Below, one piece after another: positions 38,732-48,902 of a stretch of 64,000 nt of DNA. This stretch comes from a virus. The stretch spans positions 20,044 to 84,043 of IMG/VR virus record IMGVR_UViG_3300025121_000035; one strand, 5' to 3'. The position numbers and the translations under genes were made by a program. The stretch's first letter is position 1; each line of letters starts with the position of its first letter. The notes below the pieces were generated by a model. It was not told the origin of the DNA. It saw nothing but the letters and a program-made list of their open reading frames with translations, and made no database searches.

Positions 38732-40827
38732 TCATAATTCTATTTGGCTTAAAACTTCTAAACATAATTCGTTAGGTACAATGGATCTTTGTTCAGCTCC
38801 TTTTAGTCCTTGTGTTCCTGTTTTACTTCCTCTTGGTGCAGCAATGTGACAAGTCATACCATTTTTACACATTGGTCTAGGTGTCCATAATTCATTATTA
38901 GTCCAGATATCTGTCGGTTTCATGCGATCATCCCCATACTGACAATATGTAACTGTATTTCTAATTGGTAAATCTATCATAATAGGGAATTTTCTTAACA
39001 TACCTCTAGGGTTTTCGATGTACCAATATTTAGGTTTAAAATAATTAATTAATTCTATTGTTTTTTCAACTAATTTATAACCAATTAAAGCTGTTTCAGA
39101 TTTAGGTTCTCTTTCTTTTGTCCAATGATGTGATACAGAAGCAATTGAGAAGGACGTACAGTTATGTACTATTAAATTTTTAACAGTATATGTATTGTCT
39201 TCTTCTACTTCTAAATTATATGTTTTTAATGATACATTTAATTTTTCTTTTTTATCAAATTGTAACCATATGTAATTATTATCAATATCATATTTTATAT
39301 TTTTACAATTTATACTAAATTTAATATTATAAAGTTTATTTGTTCTATCATCTATAATCAAAGTTGTTGGTATTTTATATACTTTATTTATACAATATTG
39401 AATACCGTATGCTAATTTTTCACTAGTTGTTGATAAATTATATTTTCCTTTTTTTATAGTATGACCATCAGAATCTATATAACCGTTTATAAATGAAATT
39501 AAATATTCATTTGGTAAATTGAATATATCAGATGTTAATTCTTTATTTGGTGATCCTATTCCAAATCGTTTAAAATAATGATATAATTCTTTATTATAAA
39601 AAATAAATTGGTTTACCGTTTTTTTAGTTTTAGATAAATTATATTTATTAAAAACTAATTTTATTTTATTTTCTAAATAATCTGTTTTTTTTTTATTACA
39701 ACATATATTAACTTCTTCACACCCATTATCTTTATGTATACTTATCCACCCATCACCAATAAATCTTCCTACAATATACCAAAAATTAATATCATTAATA
39801 GGTAGGGTATTAATTAATTTTTTAATATTATTTTGTTTTTGGTATTGGTTACTTATACCTTGTTCATAATAACAACCTTTGTATATTGGTAGTGATTGTT
39901 CTTTATTTAAAGGAATAGCAACGTATGGTGATTCTATAATTGCTTTACTTTTATTTTTACTTATATTTACTTCTATATCACCTACATTAACCCAATCTGG
40001 TTCTGTAAAATAATATTCATATTTTCTTAATTTATTATTCCATTTACGTTTTTTGTATTTAATATAATACGGGTGATTTCCAGTTACTATTGTGTTTTTA
40101 GTTTGTCTTGTATTAAAATTATAACAATCATTAGAATGATTTTCATATATTTTTGTTACTTTTCTAAATCTATTTTTATGTGTTAATACTTGATCACCAA
40201 CTACAATATTTTTTATATGTTCCGTCAAAGAAAACCATTAAATCTTCAGTTTAATGGATGAATTTGACTAAAATGGACTTTAAATATTTAATATATATAT
40301 ATAATAATTAAATAAAAGTTCTTTGAAATGATTTAATGGTTTTGATCTACAAACCTAGATCAAGTAAAATCATTGAGGTTCAAGTATGTAAATACTTGAT
40401 AGTTAAGTATCTATACGAAAACCAAGGTAGATGCAAAATATAAAAAATGTTTAAAAATATTTTTTAACTGTGGAGCGAGTGACCGAATTCGCAGTCTAAA
40501 CAAAAAAACGGTGAGGCGTCAACATTAGTTGAGTCTATGAAACGTTGAAACACATTAATATTTATTTAATGTGTAGTTCATTTCTTTATAACCATTATTT
40601 GTTAATACTAATTCATCTTCTCCAAAACAAGGCGGAGATGCCCATATAATATCTGGTTGCCAGGGAACTTTATTAACATCAAATTCTAATAAATCAACTG
40701 TATAATCAGTTTTAAATTTTTCTAAATAGTCTGATGAAAATACTTCATAACCAAGTTCTTTTGCAGCTTTCCCTATTGATTTAGTACCAGCAAATAATTC
40801 TAGTACTTTTATTTTATGAATTTCCAT
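38732..40827 (-). pseudogene. C5 cytosine DNA methyltransferase with a LAGLIDADG intein, interrupted by a 365-bp insertion (pseudogene or split gene)
   Basis: Motif I ELFAG, motif IV SPP|C and motif VI YIENP. The intein runs CFGEDE...HN|C (39161-40629) with GRFIGDG and GYIDSDG. Removing 40217-40581 restores the frame (NGYKE|IKNIVVGD). Confidence 0.85.
40217..40581 (+). mobile_element. Non-autonomous IS200/IS605-derived element (MITE/PATE-like) with an internal structured RNA
   Basis: Preceded by TTTAT. Left-end hairpin CCATTAAATCTTCAGTTTAATGG; right end CACATTAA..TTAATGTG-TAGTTCAT. No target duplication and no ORF. Confidence 0.8.
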
Positions 40828-41051
40828 TTATTAATATCCTTCTTATTTTTGCATAAACTTCTAAGTCTCCTGGCTTTTCAGTATCTATAACTACTTTGTC
40901 TACTAGAATGGATATTATTAATTTTAAATCTTCGACTGTATTAACTAAATCCCAATTAATATCATACGTTTTAATCACTATGAAAAATTATTTTTTATAA
41001 TATAAATAGTTTCTTATTTATAATATAGACAATAAATTATAATTTGTTTAT

Positions 41052-41101
41052 ATTGTCCCTTAAAAGAAAACCGTTAAATTGTTAGTTTGTGTGTAGTTCA
41101 T
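41052..41101 (+). mobile_element. Fused left-end/right-end IS200/IS605 remnant of about 50 bp
   Basis: TTTAT|ATTGTCCCTTAAAAGAAAACCGTTAAAT...GTGTAGTTCAT. Confidence 0.5.
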
Positions 41102-41118
41102 AAAATTACAAAATAAAT

Positions 41119-41556
41119 TTAAAGATTTTTTATAATAATTTTAATTTTTTTGTTTCTTTCTATCATTTGTCTATCATTTAATATAGATTCTATTACATTT
41201 ATATATAAATTGATTTTATCTGTTTTTAATCTACTTTTTTGAACTGTTAAAATATTTTCTAAATGATTAGTTGTACAATTAATTAATTTAACCCATTTTA
41301 AAGAATTATGTTCTAAATTATTCGATATACCATATGTACCCCAAACTAATTTTTCTTTAAGTTCTGATAAAGAAGAATCATCATATAAATCTAATAATTT
41401 TATTTTATCTTCACAATTCACAGGGCAACCATATCTTATATAATCATTACCACCATCAACATAATATCAATCTTTTTCTATATAATCATGTACAGATCTT
41501 GAAATTAAAATTGTACCGTCTGGTAATTCTATTGCATTTTGTATAATTTGTTCCAT
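41119..41556 (-). pseudogene. Phage hypothetical protein with an in-frame TGA
   Basis: The frame from ATG 41556 reads ...SRSVHDYIEKD*YYVDGGNDYIR and continues into the 41119-41421 ORF. The TGA is at 41467-41469. Confidence 0.6.
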
Positions 41557-41601
41557 TATATTAAAAATAAAAATGGTAAGACTAAATTATCTTACCGTTT
41601 G

Positions 41602-41977
41602 TGGAAAAGCAGGGAATCGAACCCTGGTGTTTACTAAATTAAAATTAATATTCTACATGCTTATAATATTTTTTAATAATTCGATACTTTACAAAATATT
41701 CAAACATACAAGTATAAAATAATTGTTACACTATAAAATATCGATTTCACAATCATTATCAATAAGTTTTTGGTTAATTTCTATTACACTGCTACAAGTT
41801 CACCTTCTTGTAAAACAGATTCGTTTCCAAATCCGACAGTCAATGCGTCACTAATCTTATTAGCCGCATTAAATAAATTCGCGTTTGCGTTTATTGTTTT
41901 GCCTTTTTTAAAGTGTTCTGACAAACACTACATGCTAATTAACCCCGTTTTAATAAGTCGATGCCATTTTCTTTCCC
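41602..41977 (-). ncRNA. ssrA: tmRNA (SsrA)
   Basis: Acceptor stem GGGAAAG/CUUUUCC-A with a G3-U wobble, 5' AUCGAC, T-arm CAGGGUUCGAUUCCCUG, 3' UAAGCAUGUAG, and a tag ORF at 41888-41784 after AUAAAC. Confidence 0.9.
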
Positions 41978-42058
41978 ATAAAATTAAAGAACTTTTCACT
42001 ATATATTATATATAGTAAATTAAAAAAGTTTATTTTTTCTAAATACAAATATAATAAA

Positions 42059-42526
42059 TTATTGATCTAAATCAAAATTTTCTAATGTTTTTTTCTTTAA
42101 TTTTTTAAATTTTTCATCAATGTCAATAATACTAGCTATTAATTCTTTTTGCATTTCTTCATCAGTAATACCTATATGTTTTTCTTTAATATTAGTATAT
42201 AACGTTCTTTGATCTTTATCTAATTTTTTAATATTATTATCATATTCAATAATATATTTTTTTAATTGTTCTATATTTTTACTAAGTTTAAAAGTTTTTT
42301 CTTTATATGCTTTATCATTTTTAATAATATCTTCATCATTTAGTTCATCTTTAATGGTTTCTATTATCGTTAAATATTCTTTCATTTCTCCTTCTTTTTC
42401 AACAATATAAAATAAGTTAGTTAAATATTCTTTTCTTATTCGTCTTGCTTCATTAATATATAATTGATCTATCATAATTCTATTTATCTTCGTTTTTATC
42501 TTCGTTTTTATCTTCGTTTTTATCAA
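42059..42526 (-). CDS. Coiled-coil hypothetical protein (true start probably about 42475)
   Basis: ORF track; the N-terminal KIKT repeats come from overlap with the neighbouring gene's 12-nt repeat. Confidence 0.6.
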   Translation of the reverse strand: MIKTKIKTKIKTKINRIMIDQLYINEARRIRKEYLTNLFYIVEKEGEMKEYLTIIETIKDELNDEDIIKNDKAYKEKTFKLSKNIEQLKKYIIEYDNNIKKLDKDQRTLYTNIKEKHIGITDEEMQKELIASIIDIDEKFKKLKKKTLENFDLDQ

Positions 42527-43598
42527 CAGATGCTTTCTTAGTATATTTTCTTTTTGATTTTTTTTCTTGTTCGTTTTTCATATCATCATCAGTTTCTTCT
42601 TTAAGATATTCATCTGGAATATCATCTCCAAAAATTTCTTTAATTATTTGTTTTTCAACTTGTTCTTCAATAATTTTAATATTTGTATATATATTATTAA
42701 TAATTATTTTTTTATAATATTGTACAATATCACCCTCCATATTTTCAACCATCATTTTAACAAATTCTGGTTTACCTATTTTATCTTTAAATTCTATATT
42801 TACAGAAATATCGTGTTTTCTTTTAAATGTACTGAAAACCATTTCATTAGGATCCAATTGTGATTGTTGTACTTGTGGTTGATTAAGATTATTTGTTTGT
42901 TGTGATTGAGAAACACTTGTAGGTTGTCTTTGTAATCTTTTCAACCTTCTTTTATTTGCTTCTTCTTCTCCATATGCCAATTTTTCATTTTCATATAATT
43001 CATCTATATTTACTATTGGTTTAATAATTGGTTGTGGTTTAGGTTGTGTTTTATTTTGTTGATTTAAAAAATCTTGGTAGGCATCATCATCATTATCATA
43101 TACCTTATATTGTGATACATTTGTATTAGTATTATTTGGTATTTGTTGAGGACTATTATCTTGTCTTATTATAGCTGATTCATTCATATTAGGTATAAAT
43201 TGGTTTTGTATAGGTTGATTTTGCACTATATTGGATTGTGCTACCTTAGTTTTATTTGTAGTATTTTTAAGTATTTCTGAACCAATATTTTCATTTTTAA
43301 CTTTACTTATATCAACAGATTTAATTTTATTTAAAATATCCGTATTTACTGCACTTGTTCTTAAAAATGCTTCTGGATCAATTTCATTTGATTGAACATT
43401 TGATTGAACATTTGATTGAACATTTGATTGAACATTTGTTGATTCACTAACTACATTATCAAGTATACCATAATATTTTGAAAAAATATTTTTTTTAATC
43501 ATTTGACCGTCTGATAGTTGATAAAATGCTTCTTCAATATTATCTTTAGCTATTGTAACTGCTTTATGAGTAGGATCATCTTTTCTATAATAATGCAT
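42480..43598 (-). CDS. Hypothetical protein with Q/N-rich low-complexity linker
   Basis: SNVQ x4 and DKNE x3 12-nt repeats. Confidence 0.7.
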   Translation of the reverse strand: MHYYRKDDPTHKAVTIAKDNIEEAFYQLSDGQMIKKNIFSKYYGILDNVVSESTNVQSNVQSNVQSNVQSNEIDPEAFLRTSAVNTDILNKIKSVDISKVKNENIGSEILKNTTNKTKVAQSNIVQNQPIQNQFIPNMNESAIIRQDNSPQQIPNNTNTNVSQYKVYDNDDDAYQDFLNQQNKTQPKPQPIIKPIVNIDELYENEKLAYGEEEANKRRLKRLQRQPTSVSQSQQTNNLNQPQVQQSQLDPNEMVFSTFKRKHDISVNIEFKDKIGKPEFVKMMVENMEGDIVQYYKKIIINNIYTNIKIIEEQVEKQIIKEIFGDDIPDEYLKEETDDDMKNEQEKKSKRKYTKKASVDKNEDKNEDKNEDK

Positions 43599-43697
43599 AA
43601 TTAATTTGTTTATTATTTTTTTTTTACTTATCTTGTGATATATTTTAATATATAGTTAAAAATGTAATTAAAGTTCAAAAAATAATCGTTTTTAATT

Positions 43698-44081
43698 ATG
43701 ATTAAAAGATTTAACGAGTTTAATAAAAATCAAAGTATAGAAAGTGAAAGACTAGCAATGGAAAGAGAATTGATAGCACGTAAAATTGCTAGAAATTTTG
43801 ATGAAGGAAATTTAGAAAATGATATATCAGTTGCAGATATAGTTGAACTAATTACATTTGAAATAACTCATAACGGAAATTTTCATATATCAGTTAGTAA
43901 TGAAGATTCACTCTATATGCAATATGAAAGTGAAAATATAGGAAGATTAAAAGTATTTAAACCAGAAGATATTGCAACAATCGGAGTAATAGATTTAAAT
44001 GGAATACTATATGAAAAAGATATCGACTTAATAAGAAAATTGTATTTAATATTAAAGAATCATTTAAAAAGTAATATGTAA
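43698..44081 (+). CDS. Hypothetical protein with MIKRFNEF leader variant
   Basis: ORF track; a TTTAATATATA motif lies upstream. Confidence 0.65.
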   Translation: MIKRFNEFNKNQSIESERLAMERELIARKIARNFDEGNLENDISVADIVELITFEITHNGNFHISVSNEDSLYMQYESENIGRLKVFKPEDIATIGVIDLNGILYEKDIDLIRKLYLILKNHLKSNM

Positions 44082-45016
44082 TGAATCATAAATTTAAACA
44101 AGCGTGTATAAATAATGATATAAATCTTGTAAAGGACTTGTTAAAAACTAAAAATTTTCGTAGTAAAATTAATATAAATCAACGTCATAATATTTTAACA
44201 GAAGTATGTATATCTTCTAATAATTTTGAATTAGCAAAGATATTATTAAAAGATAATAAATTTGATGCTAAAAAATATGATTATATTATTTTTAAAAAAT
44301 TAATAGAAGATAATAAATTAGAAATGTTTAAAATAGTATATGAAAATACTTTAAATATTAATATTAAAACAGAACATTATATTTTATTTAATTCTGCTAT
44401 ATATTTCAATAAATTAGATATATTTAAATTCTTATTACAACAAAATGATACTATTATTAATGATATGTTAAGTGTTGTAGAATATGCAGTAATTAGAAGT
44501 AATAAAATTATGATATCAGAATTTATTAACCATAAATATTTAAATGTAGAATTTTTAAAATATATATTAATACTAATTATTGATAAACCAGAATTTACAG
44601 ACATAGTTAAAAAAATATTAGATTTAAACAAAATCGATATTAGTTATAATAATAATATATTATTAAAACGTTCTTGTAGAAATTTTTCAAATATTCAAAC
44701 AATTAAACTCATATTATCAGATAAAAAAGTTGATCCTGGTACTAATAACTATGAAATTATTAAGGGATTATTATTATTTGGTCATACTCATACAGAATTA
44801 GTAAAACTATTTATTTATGATAAAAGATTGGATTTATCATTTGATAGAAATTTTATTATAAGAAGATTAATATTAAATAATCAAATAGAATTAGCTCGTT
44901 ATGTTATAAATGATAAAAGGGTTAGAAAAAAATTAACTAAATCTATAACAAAAGATTTAATAAATAATAAAATAATCCCTTATTATAAATCTCGTAGTCA
45001 AGCATTAGTACTTTAA
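44081..45016 (+). CDS. Ankyrin repeat protein
   Basis: AC.NN...LVK.LL and IL.D.KVDP...N repeats. Confidence 0.75.
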   Translation: MNHKFKQACINNDINLVKDLLKTKNFRSKININQRHNILTEVCISSNNFELAKILLKDNKFDAKKYDYIIFKKLIEDNKLEMFKIVYENTLNINIKTEHYILFNSAIYFNKLDIFKFLLQQNDTIINDMLSVVEYAVIRSNKIMISEFINHKYLNVEFLKYILILIIDKPEFTDIVKKILDLNKIDISYNNNILLKRSCRNFSNIQTIKLILSDKKVDPGTNNYEIIKGLLLFGHTHTELVKLFIYDKRLDLSFDRNFIIRRLILNNQIELARYVINDKRVRKKLTKSITKDLINNKIIPYYKSRSQALVL

Positions 45017-45046
45017 AAAACAAGTGATTATTATATTTTTTGATTA

Positions 45047-46132
45047 ATGAAACGAATAATTAAAATTTTTAAGAAATTCAAAAAAAAGTTTCAAATCATT
45101 TTTAAGAAATTAAAAAATGATTTGAAACTTTTTATACAAGTCTATTTTTATGAAAACTGGAATAGACAAGTATATATTGGTGCTATATCTGATAATCCTG
45201 ATGAATTTTTTAAATTAATGACAAAATGGAAAACTAATTTAAAATACAATTATAATTATTATATTAAATGGGCATCAACGAAAGGATATACTACAATTGT
45301 CAAATATCTTCTGAAATCAAATGAAGTTGATCCAAGTGTTAGTAATGATTTTTCATTAAATATAGCAGCAAAAGAAGGACATTTAGATATAGTTAAATTA
45401 TTATTAAATGATAAAAGAGTGAATATTGATACTTCTAGACAACCTATTATTACATCTATGGATAATCATAAATATGATATAACTAAATATCTACTAAATA
45501 AAATATATCATAGAAAGAAAAATATAAATAATACCCAATATAGAAGACGAGGTAATTTTTATACTGATCATTTTTATCCAATAAATTTTAAATATTTTCA
45601 ATACGCCTGTAATAATGGTCATATTGAAATTGTTGAATATTTATTAACTAAATCTTATTTAACTTTAAGTTTTTCTTTTTTAGTTGATGTATATAACCAT
45701 GAAGTATTTAGAGTATTATTAAAAGATAAAAGATTTAATCCTGATTATGATAATAATTATATTTTAAAAACAGCAGTATCAAGAAATCAAACAGAAATCG
45801 TAAAAGTTTTATTAGAAGATCCAAGAGTTGATCCAACAGTTGACAGATATATTATTCTAAAACGTATTATTGCTAATAAAAATATAGAATTATTAAAAAT
45901 TTTATTAAATGATAAAAGAATAGATCCATCAGTTTTTAATAATACATTATTAAAGTCAATAGATAATAGATTAGCTTCGAGTGAAAATAAAACAATAATT
46001 AATTTATTATTAAAAGACGATAGAGTATTATCAAAAATATCAGATAAAAAAAATATTAAAGAGTTAACAATTAGGAATATATTACCTAATTATAATTCTA
46101 AAAAAAAAATTATAAATAAAAAATATAGATAA
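45047..46132 (+). CDS. Ankyrin repeat protein
   Basis: AAKEGHLDIVKLLLNDKRV, ACNNGHIEIVEYLL and LLEDPRVDP. Confidence 0.88.
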   Translation: MKRIIKIFKKFKKKFQIIFKKLKNDLKLFIQVYFYENWNRQVYIGAISDNPDEFFKLMTKWKTNLKYNYNYYIKWASTKGYTTIVKYLLKSNEVDPSVSNDFSLNIAAKEGHLDIVKLLLNDKRVNIDTSRQPIITSMDNHKYDITKYLLNKIYHRKKNINNTQYRRRGNFYTDHFYPINFKYFQYACNNGHIEIVEYLLTKSYLTLSFSFLVDVYNHEVFRVLLKDKRFNPDYDNNYILKTAVSRNQTEIVKVLLEDPRVDPTVDRYIILKRIIANKNIELLKILLNDKRIDPSVFNNTLLKSIDNRLASSENKTIINLLLKDDRVLSKISDKKNIKELTIRNILPNYNSKKKIINKKYR

Positions 46133-46893
46133 TGTATATGTATACTGAAAAAAGTTTAATACAAGCAGCTATTAATAACGAAAATGAATTATTTATAAAA
46201 ATTTTTTATAAACCATATATTAATGTTATATATAATAACTGTGAAATTATGTTACATTTATGTGAAAACGGAAACGTAGAATTAGTTAAAATGGTATTAG
46301 ATGATAAAAGAATAAATCCTATGGTATCTGATGGTTATCCATTAGGTAAAGCTTGTCAGTTTGGTCATATAGAAATAGTAAAATTACTTTTAGCTGATTC
46401 AAGAGTACAACCTAATACTTGTTATGAAGAACCTATTAGAATGGCAGCCATGTATAATCATCCTGAAATAGTTAAAATATTATTAGAAGATGGTAGAGTT
46501 AATCCATTTTTTAATGGAAATATGGCTATTTCTAATATGATTAGTGAAAGATACAGTAGAACAATTAATTATGATATTATAAAAATGCTATTTGATTATA
46601 AAAAAGAAAAATTAATTAAAAATTCAAATGATATAATATATTATAGTTCTATGATAGCGTCAGATTTATTTGATTTATTTAAATTTGTATTAAGTATTGA
46701 TTGGGATTATGCAATAAAATTAACAAATAAAATTATAAAACTATGTTTACAATATAAAAGATCAATTTTTATCAAATATTTAATAAGTAATAATTTTATT
46801 AAAATAAATAATTTAAATAAAGATGATATATTAAGATTTAAAGAAATGAAAATATTACCCGATTATACACCACGAAAAAAAATTATTTCATAA
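46132..46893 (+). CDS. Ankyrin repeat protein
   Basis: ACQFGHIEIVKLLLADSRVQP and AAMYNHPEIVKILLEDGRVNP. Confidence 0.88.
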   Translation: MYMYTEKSLIQAAINNENELFIKIFYKPYINVIYNNCEIMLHLCENGNVELVKMVLDDKRINPMVSDGYPLGKACQFGHIEIVKLLLADSRVQPNTCYEEPIRMAAMYNHPEIVKILLEDGRVNPFFNGNMAISNMISERYSRTINYDIIKMLFDYKKEKLIKNSNDIIYYSSMIASDLFDLFKFVLSIDWDYAIKLTNKIIKLCLQYKRSIFIKYLISNNFIKINNLNKDDILRFKEMKILPDYTPRKKIIS

Positions 46894-46929
46894 ATTTATA
46901 TATATGTTTATAAAATAATTTACATTAAT

Positions 46930-47328
46930 ATGGAAAAATATAAAGAATTAAAATATGAAGGTAAAACTTATACAGAAAGATATCAAATTGAAGAAATTTT
47001 AGTTAAAGAAAAATGTGTATGGTTTATTGATGCAGAAACAGAATTAGCTAGAATCGAAATCAAACATAATATATTAATATTTAATGGTGGTAGGAAATTT
47101 GGAGTTTTCAGAAACGGAGAATTCAAATTTGGAAAATTTGATGATGGCGTTATTTTTAATGGTGTGTTTAAAGGTGGTCTTTTTAAAAACGGTTATATTT
47201 ATAATGGTACATTTATAGATTGCCAATTTTTAAATGTTGTGTTAAAAAAATTTAATCAAAACGGATCAGAAACTATGCAAGATTTTATTAATTGTGATAT
47301 ATCTCCTAATGTGAAAAAAGAAAAATGA
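46930..47328 (+). CDS. GxF pentapeptide-like repeat protein
   Basis: FGVFRNGEFKFGKFDDGVIFNGVFKGGLFKNG 5-residue periodicity. Confidence 0.65.
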   Translation: MEKYKELKYEGKTYTERYQIEEILVKEKCVWFIDAETELARIEIKHNILIFNGGRKFGVFRNGEFKFGKFDDGVIFNGVFKGGLFKNGYIYNGTFIDCQFLNVVLKKFNQNGSETMQDFINCDISPNVKKEK

Positions 47329-47389
47329 AAATTATAAATTTGTTTAATTAATTAATAATTATTAACTTTACTCGATAATACAATCAAAT

Positions 47390-48520
47390 ATGTTTAAAAA
47401 ATTAATAAACAGGCATAAAATGATATTACAAAATCGTTTTTATACTGTTTGTGTAAAAGGTTATGATTATAAAAAGTTTAAAAGGTTATTAAATAATAGG
47501 TTTGTTGATCCATTTATTAATGATAAAGCTTTAACTGTTTGCGTTATGCAAAATAATGTGAGTTTTATTAGAGAATTTATGTTAGTTCGAAAATTAAATA
47601 ATTCTAATACTGTATTTGGAAAAATATCCGGGTATAATGATTTTAATAATATACTTGAGGCAGCTATTGTTTATGGATCTATTGAGGCAGTAAAGGAATT
47701 AATGAATTTTAGAACATATAATTCTTTTACAATATCATATTTAATTTTTCTTTGTGCTAAATATAATCAAATAGAAATAGCTAAAATATTATTAGATATA
47801 TGGGAAGAAGATACTCACAATAAAAATATAATATTATATGATATTACTAAACCAAATATTTTATCTCAATATATAACATCAGAATCTTCTGAATTAGCAT
47901 TTGGTGAAATTATTAAACATATGATAAAATTAAAATTTGATTTTGCATATGATCATAATTCAATACTTAAAACATTTGTTAAAAATAATTTTATATCATT
48001 AGTTAAAATACTATTAGATTATTCGTCTGTTAGTTCTATGTTTAAACATAGTTATATATTTAGTGATGTTTGTAATGATGGTAATTTAGATATGTTGGAT
48101 TTATTATTAAAAGATGGTAGATATAATCCATGTTTTAATGATAATGAAGCTTTAAAAATAGCTTGTAAACGAGGATATTTAAATATAGTTAAAAGATTAT
48201 TAGAAGATAATAGAGTTAAAGATATTTTTATGAAAAACCAATCATCTACATATAGAATTGTATGTGATGTTTTAAATATTGATATATTTAAATATTTTGT
48301 TGATAATCATAATTTAATACCTTCATTTAAAAATAATTATATGTTAGATACATTGTTATTTAATATATTGTCGTATAATTATAAATCATATATTCCTTTT
48401 ATAAAATATTTACTTCAACAATCAAGTGTAATAAAAAATTTAAATATTAAACAAAAAAATAAATTAGAAAAATTAAATTTAATACCAGATTATAAATCAA
48501 AAAAAAATAAAATTAGTTAG
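47390..48520 (+). CDS. Ankyrin repeat protein
   Basis: NEALKIACKRGYLNIVKRLLEDNRV. Confidence 0.85.
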   Translation: MFKKLINRHKMILQNRFYTVCVKGYDYKKFKRLLNNRFVDPFINDKALTVCVMQNNVSFIREFMLVRKLNNSNTVFGKISGYNDFNNILEAAIVYGSIEAVKELMNFRTYNSFTISYLIFLCAKYNQIEIAKILLDIWEEDTHNKNIILYDITKPNILSQYITSESSELAFGEIIKHMIKLKFDFAYDHNSILKTFVKNNFISLVKILLDYSSVSSMFKHSYIFSDVCNDGNLDMLDLLLKDGRYNPCFNDNEALKIACKRGYLNIVKRLLEDNRVKDIFMKNQSSTYRIVCDVLNIDIFKYFVDNHNLIPSFKNNYMLDTLLFNILSYNYKSYIPFIKYLLQQSSVIKNLNIKQKNKLEKLNLIPDYKSKKNKIS

Positions 48521-48902
48521 TAGTTTCTTTAAGAAAATCATATAATACACTAAATGTTAATACATCAAAAAATCCTAATTCTAATATATCTTCAATAGCA
48601 AGTCCTCTTGTTTTTAATGTATGAATATATAATGGCATAATATTATAAGTCATTAAATTAAAATTAATATCATAATCATCTAATAAAGATATATTAAATT
48701 TTTCTTCTTCATAAAACATTGAAAATGCAACAATAACAATTTCATTTGGTTTGATAATTGTATATTGATTTTCTATATCTAATAAAGGTAATCCATCAAG
48801 AATATTATCATCATATATTATAAACAAAAGTGGTTGTTCATCTATGATAGCAATACATCCTAAATAATCCATATCATATTTCGCCATATAATCATATATC
48901 AT
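48513..48902 (-). CDS. Hypothetical protein
   Basis: ORF track. Confidence 0.55.
   Translation of the reverse strand: MIYDYMAKYDMDYLGCIAIIDEQPLLFIIYDDNILDGLPLLDIENQYTIIKPNEIVIVAFSMFYEEEKFNISLLDDYDINFNLMTYNIMPLYIHTLKTRGLAIEDILELGFFDVLTFSVLYDFLKETTN

Noticed and set aside
40217-40581. IStron or group I intron that would splice out of the MTase mRNA
   Set aside because: No P/Q/R/S core was found on the MTase sense strand, the junctions do not fit U|...G|, and the element is antisense to the gene.
41602-41630. Stand-alone tRNA
   Set aside because: The T-arm and acceptor half pair with a 5' end about 350 nt away and there is no anticodon arm, so it is the tmRNA 3' end.
41770-42015. 81-aa plus-strand ORF
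   Set aside because: It is the antisense shadow of the tmRNA tag region.
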